Source: an uncultured Alphaproteobacteria bacterium
GTDB taxonomy: Bacteria > Pseudomonadota > Alphaproteobacteria > CAAHEQ01 > UBA3637
Reading direction: 5' to 3'
DNA length: 64,000 bases
Assembly: GCA_944392145.1 (NCBI GenBank)
Contig: CALXVS010000003.1
Span: 7,594-71,593 of the forward strand
Below the pieces are notes generated by a model. The model worked only from the letters and a program-made list of their open reading frames with translations. It was not told the DNA's origin and ran no database searches. Below, piece after piece: positions 40,406-49,206 of this stretch. The position numbers were made by a program, and so were the translations under genes. Position 1 is the first letter of the stretch. The number at the start of each line of letters is the position of its first letter.

Positions 40406-41806
40406 ATGTTTGCAGGGCTTTCTGACCGATTGACCGGTATTTTTGATAAACTGGCGCGCCGCGGTATTTTGACCGAGGCAGCGGTTGATGAAACCATGCG
40501 TGAAATTAAAATCGCCTTATTAGAGGCGGATGTTGCCTTGCCCGTTGTCAAATCGTTTATCGCGGATATTCGGGAAAAAGCCATCGGTGAAAAAATCGTT
40601 AAATCCGTTTCTCCGTCTCAAATGGTTGTGAAACTTGTCCATGATGCCTTGGTGACATTATTAGGAGAGTCAAAACCGCTTGATTTTGCCCCGTATCAGG
40701 TAACGCCTGTTTTAATGTTGGGATTGCAAGGGGCGGGCAAAACAACAACGGCGGCCAAAATTGCTTTGCGATTGAAAAAAGAGGGGAAAAAAGTTCTGTT
40801 GGCCGGACTGGATGTATCACGTCCGGCGGCATTGGAACAATTAGCCGATTTGGGAAAAACCTATGGGTTAGATGTATTACCGATTGTGCCGGGGCAGCAA
40901 CCCGTTTCTATCGCACAGCGTGCATTGAATGAAGCGACGGTCAGTCGGTATGATGTCTTAATTTTGGATACAGCCGGCCGGTTGCATGTTGATGAAGCAT
41001 TAATGCGTGAGGCGGCCGAAATCCGAGATGTGGTTCATCCGCGCGAATCATTGCTTGTGGTGGATGCGATGATGGGGCAGGATGCGGTGCATGTCGCATC
41101 GGAATTTAAGGAAAAAATCGGGATTACAGGGACGGTTCTAACCCGTCTTGACGGCGATTCGCGCGGCGGGGCGGCTTTGTCCATGCGGGCCGTTACGGGG
41201 GTGCCGATTCAATTTTTGGGTGTCGGAGAAAAAGCCGATGCTTTGGAAGTTTTTGATGCGAAACGGTTGGCCGATCGCATCTTGGGTATGGGGGATGTTG
41301 TCGGGTTGGTTGAAACGGCCATGGACAAAATCAATCAGGAAGAAGCCCAAAAAACCACTGAACGCCTGTTATCAGGTCAATTTAACCTGAACGATCTGTT
41401 GGATCAGATACGTCAAATTGACAAATTAGGGGACATTAAAGGAATTATGAAAATGATTCCCGGCCTGTCAAAGTTTCGGGATAAAATTGACGAATCGGGC
41501 ATTGATAATCGGCTGATTAAACGTCAGGAAGCGATTATCCTGTCTATGACGCCATATGAACGGCGCAATCCCGACGTGTTGAAAGCATCACGTAAACAGC
41601 GGATTGCCAATGGCGCCGGTGTTTCGGTTAACGATGTTAATCGGTTGCTGAAACAATATGAACAAATGGCTACGGTCATGAAAAAAGTCAAAAAAATGGG
41701 GCCGCTTGGCATGATGTCCATGATGAAAAAAATGGACGGCATGTTGGGTGGTTCGGCCGGCTCTTTCATGGGAACCAATCCGTTTGGTCCGTTTGGAACA
41801 AAATAA
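40406..41806 (+). CDS. ffh: signal recognition particle protein Ffh
   Basis: SRP54 N and G domains (GLQGAGKTTT; DTAGR), and a Met-rich M domain (MMSMMKKMDGM). Confidence 0.9.
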   Translation: MFAGLSDRLTGIFDKLARRGILTEAAVDETMREIKIALLEADVALPVVKSFIADIREKAIGEKIVKSVSPSQMVVKLVHDALVTLLGESKPLDFAPYQVTPVLMLGLQGAGKTTTAAKIALRLKKEGKKVLLAGLDVSRPAALEQLADLGKTYGLDVLPIVPGQQPVSIAQRALNEATVSRYDVLILDTAGRLHVDEALMREAAEIRDVVHPRESLLVVDAMMGQDAVHVASEFKEKIGITGTVLTRLDGDSRGGAALSMRAVTGVPIQFLGVGEKADALEVFDAKRLADRILGMGDVVGLVETAMDKINQEEAQKTTERLLSGQFNLNDLLDQIRQIDKLGDIKGIMKMIPGLSKFRDKIDESGIDNRLIKRQEAIILSMTPYERRNPDVLKASRKQRIANGAGVSVNDVNRLLKQYEQMATVMKKVKKMGPLGMMSMMKKMDGMLGGSAGSFMGTNPFGPFGTK

Positions 41807-41834
41807 GTTTAATTTAACAGAAAGGAAAAAAAGA

Positions 41835-42257
41835 ATGTCAGTTAGAATTCGTTTGGCTCGCGGTGGTTCCAAAAAACGCCCGTTTCATAAAATTGTTGTC
41901 GCCGATAAACGCGCCCCGCGTGACGGCCGGTTTATTGAAGTGGTTGGTTTTTATAATCCGTTGTTGCCCAAAGATCATGTTGATGCCTTGCGTGTGCATG
42001 AAGATATCGCCAAAAAGTGGATGGCACAGGGTGCCGAATTGACCGAGCGCGTTCAAAAGTTGTTTGCGTTGGTCGGTTTGTGCGATAAACCCGCCGTTCG
42101 TGAAACACCGAAAAAATCCGCGCCGAAAGCCAAAGCGCAAGAACGTTTGAAAGAAGCCGCCGAAAAAGCCGAAGCTGCACGTATTGCCGCTGAAGAAGCT
42201 GCCGCTGCCGCCAAAGCGGCCGAGGAAGCTCCGGCCGCCGAAACACCGGCAGAATAA
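41835..42257 (+). CDS. rpsP: 30S ribosomal protein S16 with Ala/Glu/Lys-rich C-terminal extension
   Basis: MSVRIRLARGGSKKRPFHKIVVAD... Start at internal ATG 41835. The ORF-track start 41748 overlaps ffh and was rejected. Confidence 0.9.
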   Translation: MSVRIRLARGGSKKRPFHKIVVADKRAPRDGRFIEVVGFYNPLLPKDHVDALRVHEDIAKKWMAQGAELTERVQKLFALVGLCDKPAVRETPKKSAPKAKAQERLKEAAEKAEAARIAAEEAAAAAKAAEEAPAAETPAE

Positions 42258-42281
42258 CGGGTTGACTTTAAAAGGATTTGC

Positions 42282-42788
42282 ATGTCCAAGCTTGTTTCCG
42301 TCGGTCAAATTGTCAATGTGCATGGGGTAAAAGGTGCGGTCAAAATTAAACCGTATCTGTTGTCGCCCCACCTGATTGGTACGTTGAATCCTTTAACGGA
42401 TTCAAGTGGTCGTCGCACATTTGATTTAAAACCGATCGGTCGGAAAAAAGAGTGCCTGTTGGCGCAAATCGCGGGTATAACCGACAGGACGGCCGCCGAA
42501 GCATTAAAAGGGACCGAACTGTTTGCTTTAAAATCCAAGTTACCGGCAACACGTGAAAACGAATTTTATTATGCGGATTTGATCGGGTTGACCGTTTTAA
42601 AAGACGGACAACCGATCGGAAGTGTCAGCCGTGTTGATAATTTCGGGGCCGGTGATGTTGTTGAAGTTAAACTTCAAAATGGTCGCACCGTTTCATTCGG
42701 TTTTTCCCGTGAAACGTTTCCGCGAGTGGATTTGACGGCCGGTGTTATGGACGTGGTGGTGCCGTTGGGGATGGAGGATGCGCTGTGA
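42282..42788 (+). CDS. rimM: ribosome maturation factor RimM
   Basis: 168 aa, N-terminal VGQIVNVHGVKGAVKI, PRC barrel C-terminus. Operon position. Confidence 0.85.
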   Translation: MSKLVSVGQIVNVHGVKGAVKIKPYLLSPHLIGTLNPLTDSSGRRTFDLKPIGRKKECLLAQIAGITDRTAAEALKGTELFALKSKLPATRENEFYYADLIGLTVLKDGQPIGSVSRVDNFGAGDVVEVKLQNGRTVSFGFSRETFPRVDLTAGVMDVVVPLGMEDAL

Positions 42789-43486
42789 TGAAAATCAATG
42801 TCTTAACATTGTATCCCGAAATGTTTCCCGGTTGTTTGGGATATTCCTTGGCCGGTGCGGCATTGGCCGCAGGGAAGTGGGAATTAAACCTGAAAAACAT
42901 CCGTGATTTTGCGACAGACAACTATAAATCTGTTGATGACACGCCGTTCGGCGGAGGGGCCGGTATGGTGATGAAGCCCGATGTTTTGGATCGTGCGCTT
43001 CAGGCGGTTTATAAAGACGGGCCGTTGTTTTATCTGTCGCCGCGCGGACCGGTGTTTACACAACAAACCGCACGTGATTGGGCCGATTGCAGGGAACTGA
43101 CCTTTTTATGCGGTCGGTTTGAAGGGATTGACGAGCGCATTTTGGAAAAATGGCCGATTCAGGAAATCAGTATCGGTGATTTCGTCCTTTCGGGCGGTGA
43201 ACCGGCATTGATTACCATGTTGGACGCCGTTATTCGTCTGATACCGGACGTGATGGGGAACCGCGATTCGCTGTGTGAGGAAAGTTTTTCCGGGTCACTT
43301 TTGGAATACCCCCAATACACGAAACCTCAGGAATGGCAGGGCCGAAAGGTTCCCGACGTTTTATTATCCGGACATCATGCAAATATTAAAGCATGGCGTT
43401 TGGAAATGGCGGAAAAGCTGACGCAAAGCCGCAGACCCGATTTATGGGCAAAATATCAATTATCAAAAACCACAAAGAAAGGATAA
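42785..43486 (+). CDS. trmD: tRNA (guanine37-N1)-methyltransferase
   Basis: SPOUT fold motifs (LTLYPEMF; [10 protein letters not shown]; [11 protein letters not shown]). Confidence 0.9.
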   Translation: MMKINVLTLYPEMFPGCLGYSLAGAALAAGKWELNLKNIRDFATDNYKSVDDTPFGGGAGMVMKPDVLDRALQAVYKDGPLFYLSPRGPVFTQQTARDWADCRELTFLCGRFEGIDERILEKWPIQEISIGDFVLSGGEPALITMLDAVIRLIPDVMGNRDSLCEESFSGSLLEYPQYTKPQEWQGRKVPDVLLSGHHANIKAWRLEMAEKLTQSRRPDLWAKYQLSKTTKKG

Positions 43487-43490
43487 TAAC

Positions 43491-43862
43491 ATGAACTTAA
43501 TTAAAAATTTAGAAAAAGAACAGATGGAAAAACAGGGGAAAAATATCCCTGATTTTAAAGCCGGTGACACGGTTAAAGTGATGTATAAAATCGTTGAAGA
43601 TAAAGGTCGTGAACGCTTACAGGCCTTTGAAGGGGTATGCATTGCCCGCAGCAATGATGCGTTAAATTCAACCTTTACGGTGCGTAAAGTCTCGTTTGGT
43701 GAAGGGGTGGAACGTATTTTCCCGCTGTATTCACCGAATGTGGCCGAAATTTCCATTGTGCGGCGGGGTAAAGTGCGGCGTTCAAAGCTGTATTATTTGC
43801 GCAAATTATTTGGTAAAGCAGCTCGTATTACCGAAGGAAAAGCGAAAGAAACCGTTGAATAA
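43491..43862 (+). CDS. rplS: 50S ribosomal protein L19
   Basis: 123 aa; FKAGDTVKV, ...RRGKVRR.KLYYLR. Confidence 0.9.
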   Translation: MNLIKNLEKEQMEKQGKNIPDFKAGDTVKVMYKIVEDKGRERLQAFEGVCIARSNDALNSTFTVRKVSFGEGVERIFPLYSPNVAEISIVRRGKVRRSKLYYLRKLFGKAARITEGKAKETVE

Positions 43863-43882
43863 AAGGCTCCTTTTTCAAATTA

Positions 43883-43913
43883 AAAACCGCCGGTGTTTTT
43901 CCGGCGGTTTTTC
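43883..43913. terminator. bidirectional rho-independent terminator shared by rplS (+) and the convergent Cys-rich gene (-)
   Basis: aaaaccgccgg-tgttttt-ccggcggtttttc. An A-run precedes and a T-run follows the 7-bp GC stem. The stop of the minus-strand gene is at 43914-43916. Confidence 0.75.
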
Positions 43914-46154
43914 TTATTGCACCAGCACGCATTTGCCGTCTTTGACCACACGTTCGGCACAATTGATGCAACTTTCAACATCTGCCTGTGTTTCAAGAGT
44001 TGGTGTTTCTCTTGTATTACACAGATAGCACTTTTTGCTGGCCATAAATCGCTGTGGAGAACAGGCTAAACATAATTGAGCTGTATAATCATCCGAACCA
44101 ATTGATGGTGCATCCGCCGATTCGCACAGAAAACATGCGCCCGTGTATGTCATTCCCTGTGTTCCGGATACGCATTTTTTCATAGCACATTGACCGCTTA
44201 CTAACGCAATTCGTTCATAGGTACTGCAACCATTACATAGAGCAACTTCATATTCCCCTGTGCCAATGGATAGGGAACGTGTATCATCACACCCTTGGCA
44301 ATAGGTGCCGGAGGATTCTAAAAAAGAATAGCCTAATTTACATTTTTCCAACACACAATATCCGCTGCTGTTCACATGACGGTTGGGACACGCGGCACAT
44401 TGTTCCCGTAGTGCGTCAGTCGTGACCTTAAACCCGTTTGCATAATCACAGGCATAACAAGCACCATTATCTAAACGTACGCCGTTTGTGCAATCTTTGA
44501 TTTGACATTTCCCGTCCACAATTTCCCGACCACAGATGTCTGTTTCACAACCGGAACCCGTTTCGGAAACAGCAATAGCCGTATTACTGCTACATTTATA
44601 ACATATCCCATCGGCCCCCATGAATTCATTTGAATCACAAATTACTTTAACACAATAGTTACCCACAACTTTTCTGTTTTTAACGCCTTCCGCGTTAACG
44701 CAAGCTTTGCACAGTTCTTGTTCATGCGGGCCGGTACCGATGTTTAATTTATCTGTTGAAGCACAGGAATTGGCGCACCCGCTATTGCTACCACCGGATG
44801 TCAAGTAGCGTAATTGTGTTCCTTTGACACATTTATCCGTTATGACACATCCCCCATAACCGGTTACATGGCGATTACCGCAAGCGTTACACCATTCTTT
44901 CCCCCAAGGAGCTCCTCCCGTCCACTGATCAGCGGAATCAGAACAGGCGGCACATTTTGAGAAACCACGACTCGTGATAACGGGGAAACTTTCACCTTTA
45001 ATGCATTTGTCTCGGCGGGCGCACAATCTGGAAGACGAATCCCAAATGCGATTGGGGCATAAATTACACTGTTCTTGTGTAACAGCATATAATCCTTCAT
45101 CTTTACAAGAAATACAAGTTGTTTGGTATTCAAATTCACCTTCTTGACAATTAGAATCTACACATGTCAGTTGGGTGTAATCCCATACCATTTTCGCCGG
45201 ACACAAACAGTCGTTCGTGTAAATGTCCAGATAGGTGTTGCCCGAACAGTGACACTGAAAGTCCTCTTCGCCAAAATACCCTTTCTCGGAACACGCTTCG
45301 TGTGTTCCCAGATCATTTTTATAAATAAAGCCCATATCGTTCAGGGCTGTTTCATCACAGATGGTTGTATCGGCGTTATAGCGCACGTTATTGACAAAGA
45401 TCATGATAGGGTTTTCATAATCGCGCAGGATTTGACGACACAGATCAGCCGGGATATCGCTGACCAGGATTTCAAAGTAATCGGTGTTTCTGTCCGAGAT
45501 AGCGGTTTCAACGGGGAAACCGACGGTCAGGGTATCGCCGAATCCGTCTTCAATCAGTTCGTTTTTTTCATAGACAGTGCCGGTGTTAAGCATTTGGGCG
45601 GACACATTGATAGCGCGCATGTTGAGTTCGTTGGTGACTTCATTGGCGCGGAACTTTAACAGGGCGAAACGATACCCGGCGACGGCAGCAATACTTAACA
45701 CGCCGATAATGGCCAAGACCCCCAACATCTCTATCATAGAACGACCTGTTTCGGACAAGAGAGGACGGCGGGCGGACACGGACGGAGACAGGGTGTCGCT
45801 GTCCGTGACGCATCTTTGCCCGTCATGCTTGGCGTTGCGAGCCTCCCGAATAAATGAGACCGTTTTACCCGCGATAGCGGACAACCAAGTCCATGTCATC
45901 CTTGTGCTTGACACGAGGATCCAGGAAAAATGATGCCGCTTTTTTTGATTCTGAACATCCCGCATAAATAAGGAATTATTGACACTGGATCCTCGCATAC
46001 GCAAGGATGACCGCCGGGGAAGGCGTTGCGGGGAAAGGGTTCTTTCACCATTCGTGACGTCTCCCCCGTCGGCATAACCGATGTTGCAAGCATCCGACAA
46101 AACCGCTTTAACCCCTTTTCCCTTAACCCATACCTTTTTAAATACGTTCCACAT
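43914..46154 (-). CDS. large cysteine-rich tandem-repeat protein with type IV pilin/pseudopilin-like N-terminal helix (function unknown)
   Basis: The ORF-track frame is open to 46184 (TTG). The preferred start is ATG 46152-46154, which has a GGGAGG SD 4 nt upstream. Residues 148-171 (RSMIEMLGVLAIIGVLSIAAVAGY) match the prepilin N-methylation helix consensus with G at -1 and E at +5. They are followed by helix-like and globular-head-like sequence. Residues about 290-756 hold about 53 Cys arranged in at least 6 tandem modules of about 50 aa (G.C..C...IGTG..E..LC.AC.N.R.V...G.CV...C). Confidence 0.6.
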   Translation of the reverse strand: MWNVFKKVWVKGKGVKAVLSDACNIGYADGGDVTNGERTLSPQRLPRRSSLRMRGSSVNNSLFMRDVQNQKKRHHFSWILVSSTRMTWTWLSAIAGKTVSFIREARNAKHDGQRCVTDSDTLSPSVSARRPLLSETGRSMIEMLGVLAIIGVLSIAAVAGYRFALLKFRANEVTNELNMRAINVSAQMLNTGTVYEKNELIEDGFGDTLTVGFPVETAISDRNTDYFEILVSDIPADLCRQILRDYENPIMIFVNNVRYNADTTICDETALNDMGFIYKNDLGTHEACSEKGYFGEEDFQCHCSGNTYLDIYTNDCLCPAKMVWDYTQLTCVDSNCQEGEFEYQTTCISCKDEGLYAVTQEQCNLCPNRIWDSSSRLCARRDKCIKGESFPVITSRGFSKCAACSDSADQWTGGAPWGKEWCNACGNRHVTGYGGCVITDKCVKGTQLRYLTSGGSNSGCANSCASTDKLNIGTGPHEQELCKACVNAEGVKNRKVVGNYCVKVICDSNEFMGADGICYKCSSNTAIAVSETGSGCETDICGREIVDGKCQIKDCTNGVRLDNGACYACDYANGFKVTTDALREQCAACPNRHVNSSGYCVLEKCKLGYSFLESSGTYCQGCDDTRSLSIGTGEYEVALCNGCSTYERIALVSGQCAMKKCVSGTQGMTYTGACFLCESADAPSIGSDDYTAQLCLACSPQRFMASKKCYLCNTRETPTLETQADVESCINCAERVVKDGKCVLVQ

Positions 46155-46188
46155 GCAACCTCCCATAAAACAGCTTGGTTTCAACCTG

Positions 46189-46223
46189 TTCTTTATGTTA
46201 CATAAAGGAACCTTTTTGTAACG
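46189..46223 (-). promoter_or_regulatory. candidate operator: 7-1-7 palindrome TTTATGT-t-ACATAAA abutting imperfect palindrome AAAGGAACCTTTTTGTAACG (site 1)
   Basis: Read directly; lies 35-70 nt upstream of the proposed start of the Cys-rich gene. Near-identical to the second copy at 46337..46356. Confidence 0.4.
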
Positions 46224-46336
46224 CCCGAATCGGACAAAAACAAATAATGGGATTTTTTTGTTCTAACACACTTATTTAAATGCAAAATCAGCTAATTTTT
46301 CTTTTTTTCAAAAACCATAAAAAAACAGTTGCAAAA

Positions 46337-46356
46337 AAAGGTTCCTTTTTGTAACG
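46337..46356 (-). promoter_or_regulatory. second copy of site AAAGGTTCCTTTTTGTAACG (core GGAACC inverted to GGTTCC)
   Basis: Matches site 1 at 18/20 positions. The flanks are a direct repeat while the hexamer core is inverted. The two sites are 133 bp apart. Confidence 0.4.
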
Positions 46357-46404
46357 GTTTTTTTAAAAAGGATAACAGATTGAAAAATGGGAAAAATACC
46401 CCAT

Positions 46405-46429
46405 AAAAAACCCCTCGTCTAAAGAGGGG
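46405..46429 (-). terminator. rho-independent terminator of the PH-domain gene (minus strand)
   Basis: Minus strand reads cccctc-tttagac-gagggg followed by TTTTTT. It insulates the downstream Cys-rich gene. Confidence 0.7.
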
Positions 46430-46451
46430 TTTCTTATAAAGAAAAAAGTTA

Positions 46452-46904
46452 TCAGGCCAAGCTTTCCAAAACAACCGTTCCTTTCTTTTGACGGGCTAAT
46501 GTGTAAGCTTGTCGCATGGAATCACGCACAAAGTGTGGATTAGGAATTTTAACCATCCGAATGCGTCCCGTTAAATCAGTTGAATTGACATAAATTGTGC
46601 CAATATTTGCCCAAATATCAATCAGCGATTGTTCGGCAGAACTGTCAATAATACGGAACAATTCAATTTCATCAACGTTTTTGCTGATAATCCCCGAAAT
46701 AACGATTAACCGTTGATTAGTCAAAACATACGTCCGATATATGCGCTTTAAGTAAAGGGCAATCAAAAAAATACCCAGTGTGCATACGGTAAACACCCAA
46801 TAAAGCGGATTATATTTTACATCGGCAATTGAGCCGGTCACATTCCATAAAAATTCTTCATCCGGATTGACGATACTGCGAATAATTGTGTTGTTTCCAA
46901 ACAT
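46452..46904 (-). CDS. bacterial PH-domain (bPH_2/YdbS-like) membrane protein
   Basis: 150 aa: TM hairpin followed by a PH-like block (VLTNQRLIVISGIISKNVDEIELFRIIDSS...). RBS aaggag. Confidence 0.6.
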   Translation of the reverse strand: MFGNNTIIRSIVNPDEEFLWNVTGSIADVKYNPLYWVFTVCTLGIFLIALYLKRIYRTYVLTNQRLIVISGIISKNVDEIELFRIIDSSAEQSLIDIWANIGTIYVNSTDLTGRIRMVKIPNPHFVRDSMRQAYTLARQKKGTVVLESLA

Positions 46905-47120
46905 GCGGACTCCTTTTTTATGTCCCTATGCGCAAATTATATGCCAAAAAAAATGAAAAGGCAAGCTTTTTGTTTGAGGGGGTGAATTGACGTATGATAG
47001 TATGTAAATAGCATACAATTCTATTTATTTTTTAAAAAAACGCGTTTTATGCTAGACAAATCAATTTTCGCACCCCAAAGTTGTAATGCTTCATATTTCA
47101 TTTTAAGAAAGGAGAATAAA

Positions 47121-47711
47121 ATGAAGAAACTTTTATTGTCAAGCTTAGCCGTTGCCGGTTTGATGATGTGTGCGTCGTCCGTATCGGCAGCTGAACCGGG
47201 CAGAGCACCTTATGTGGTCGGTGAAGCCGGATACTCGTTCGGAACGAAAAATGCCGAAGATGCGGGTATTTTGGGTATCGGTACAGGGTATCATATCAAT
47301 GAATTTCTGCGTACGGACGTGATTGCTTCATACCGTGGTTGGGGCAAATTGAAATTCAAAGGGGCAAATGACCAAAAGTCAGACTTGTGGTCAATCCCTG
47401 TTTTGGCCAACATCTATGCCACCTATCCGGTTTATGACGGCATGGGCGTTTATGCCATGGGCGGTATCGGTATGGCATTAAACAAAACAAAAAGCATTGA
47501 CGGTGCCAAGGGTAAAAAACGCTTTAACTTTGCCTGGAACGTTGGTGCAGGTATTGATTATACGTTCAACAACTGCTGGTCACTTGATTTGGGATATCGT
47601 TTCACAGATTTGGGGAACGGTCGTGTCAAAGCTCGTGATGGATATGTCGGATCAACAAAATCCGATATTCGGTCACATGACATTAAACTGTCCGCGCGTT
47701 ATTATTTCTAA
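47121..47711 (+). CDS. outer membrane beta-barrel protein (OmpA-like TM domain / Omp25-Opa-type small porin family)
   Basis: Start MKKLLLSSLAVAGLMMCASSVSA signal peptide with an aggag RBS. Alternating amphipathic beta-strands, Gly/aromatic-rich, C-terminal ...ARYYF. Confidence 0.7.
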   Translation: MKKLLLSSLAVAGLMMCASSVSAAEPGRAPYVVGEAGYSFGTKNAEDAGILGIGTGYHINEFLRTDVIASYRGWGKLKFKGANDQKSDLWSIPVLANIYATYPVYDGMGVYAMGGIGMALNKTKSIDGAKGKKRFNFAWNVGAGIDYTFNNCWSLDLGYRFTDLGNGRVKARDGYVGSTKSDIRSHDIKLSARYYF

Positions 47712-47732
47712 TAAGGCCGAAACGGTTGTGTT

Positions 47733-47766
47733 AAAAAGCGGGTCGCTTTTAAAGCGACCCGTTTTT
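47733..47766. terminator. bidirectional terminator between the omp gene (+) and rluD (-)
   Basis: aaaaa-gcgggtcgc-ttttaaa-gcgacccg-ttttt. Confidence 0.7.
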
Positions 47767-48757
47767 ATTTCAAGCGTTCCAAGGCGGCTTTTAATTCTTT
47801 TAAATCAAGGGGCAACGGGGCTTCAAACATCATTTTTTTGTTTGTACGCGGATGTAAAAAACCCAAAATACCGGCATGTAAGGCTTGCCGTGGAAAATAG
47901 CGGGCAAATTCGGGGGCGTTTTTTGGAGGTGTTCCATATGTTTGGTCCCCGATCAGGGAATGATTGATACTATTCATGTGAACACGAATTTGGTGTGTTC
48001 GTCCCGTTTCCAAAACACAGGCAATGTGTGTGGCTATTTTACCAAAGATGTTTAATCGGCGGTAATGTGTGACGGCATGTTTGCCACCGCTTGACACAAG
48101 AGCCATTTTTTGACGATTCGTTGCACTGCGTCCGATGTTACCGGAAATGACCCCTTCCGCATCGGGAATAAGACCCCACACAAAAGCTTGATAGACACGT
48201 TCAACGGTGTGTTTAGAAAATTGTTCCGATAATCGGACATGGGCAAAATCATTTTTGGCAACAACCAAAATGCCGCTGGTGTCTTTATCAATGCGGTGAA
48301 CGATTCCCGGACGCCGAACGCCGCCGATACCCGATAGCGAATCGCCGCAATGTGCCAATAAGGCATTAACAAGCGTCCCGTCGGCATTACCGGCGCCGGG
48401 GTGCACAACCAATCCGGCCGGTTTATTTAAAACAAGTAAGTCATCATCTTCATATAAAATGTTCAAAGGAATATCTTGCGCACAGGGTTCAGCATCCCGC
48501 ACTTTGGGTAAAGTCAGGACGTATTGTTCCCCACATTTAACTTTGTGGTCCGCGTCGTGAATGACTCGCTTATCATTTAAGCGCATCGCCCCGACCTCAT
48601 TTAACGCCCGAATAACCTGATTACGGGACAATTCTCGTATTTCAGTGGTTAAAAATTTATCCAATCGCATATTTTCAGATGTTTCCGACACTTTTTGCGT
48701 GACAAACCCTTCCGGATTTGTGTAGGATGCTTCTTGAAAATGGTTTAATTCGTTCAT
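47765..48757 (-). CDS. rluD: RluA-family 23S rRNA pseudouridine synthase (RluD-like) with N-terminal S4 domain
   Basis: S4 domain (RLDKFLT...SRNQV), catalytic motif HRIDKDTSGILVVAK, 330 aa. Confidence 0.8.
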   Translation of the reverse strand: MNELNHFQEASYTNPEGFVTQKVSETSENMRLDKFLTTEIRELSRNQVIRALNEVGAMRLNDKRVIHDADHKVKCGEQYVLTLPKVRDAEPCAQDIPLNILYEDDDLLVLNKPAGLVVHPGAGNADGTLVNALLAHCGDSLSGIGGVRRPGIVHRIDKDTSGILVVAKNDFAHVRLSEQFSKHTVERVYQAFVWGLIPDAEGVISGNIGRSATNRQKMALVSSGGKHAVTHYRRLNIFGKIATHIACVLETGRTHQIRVHMNSINHSLIGDQTYGTPPKNAPEFARYFPRQALHAGILGFLHPRTNKKMMFEAPLPLDLKELKAALERLK

Positions 48758-48774
48758 GGAGTGTCTCTTAAACG

Positions 48775-49101
48775 TTGAAAGGATTGTATATAAAGATGCT
48801 GACAGTTATCAAAACCGCCGTGGCCGTTATGAGTGCTTTAATCCTCGCCGGTTTTATCCTGGTTTTTGTTAAAATAGCAGATCGTTCAGATAAAAGCAAG
48901 ATTCAAAATGGTACGAAAAACGCAAATGTTGCGCTTTCGTTCGGCGAAACGCCCGTGCAGTTAGCTCCCTGCGGCGCTTACGCATGTTTATTAACCAGTG
49001 GGGGAAAAGCAAAAGCACGGGTATTGGTCATTGACCCTGATAAAGGGATGATTCACCGCGTGATTTCTTTAAGCGAAGCCGATGAAACCTTGCGTCACTA
49101 A
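48775..49101 (+). CDS. hypothetical small membrane protein
   Basis: 108 aa with an N-terminal TM. Divergent from rluD. The start is uncertain; an alternative ATG is at 48796. Confidence 0.35.
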   Translation: MKGLYIKMLTVIKTAVAVMSALILAGFILVFVKIADRSDKSKIQNGTKNANVALSFGETPVQLAPCGAYACLLTSGGKAKARVLVIDPDKGMIHRVISLSEADETLRH

Positions 49102-49206
49102 AACAAGGGGTTTCTCTTGACTTTTGAATAAATACATATTATGTCTAAAAGTATATTACACTCTTCCCGCTAACGGGTATTTAAATTAAAAAAGGAAAAT
49201 AAAGGT

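Noticed and set aside
41524-42371. Several long antisense or alternative-frame ORFs (84-177 aa) over ffh and rpsP
   Set aside because: They overlap strongly supported genes. The S16 C-terminal Ala/Glu-rich repeat region produces long stop-free stretches in other frames.
45672-45746. Interpreting the Cys-rich gene as a canonical type IV prepilin processed by PilD
   Set aside because: The pilin-like helix sits 137 residues from the best-supported start codon (or 52 or more from any internal ATG). Canonical leaders are 5-30 aa. It is reported as pilin-like architecture, with processing left open.
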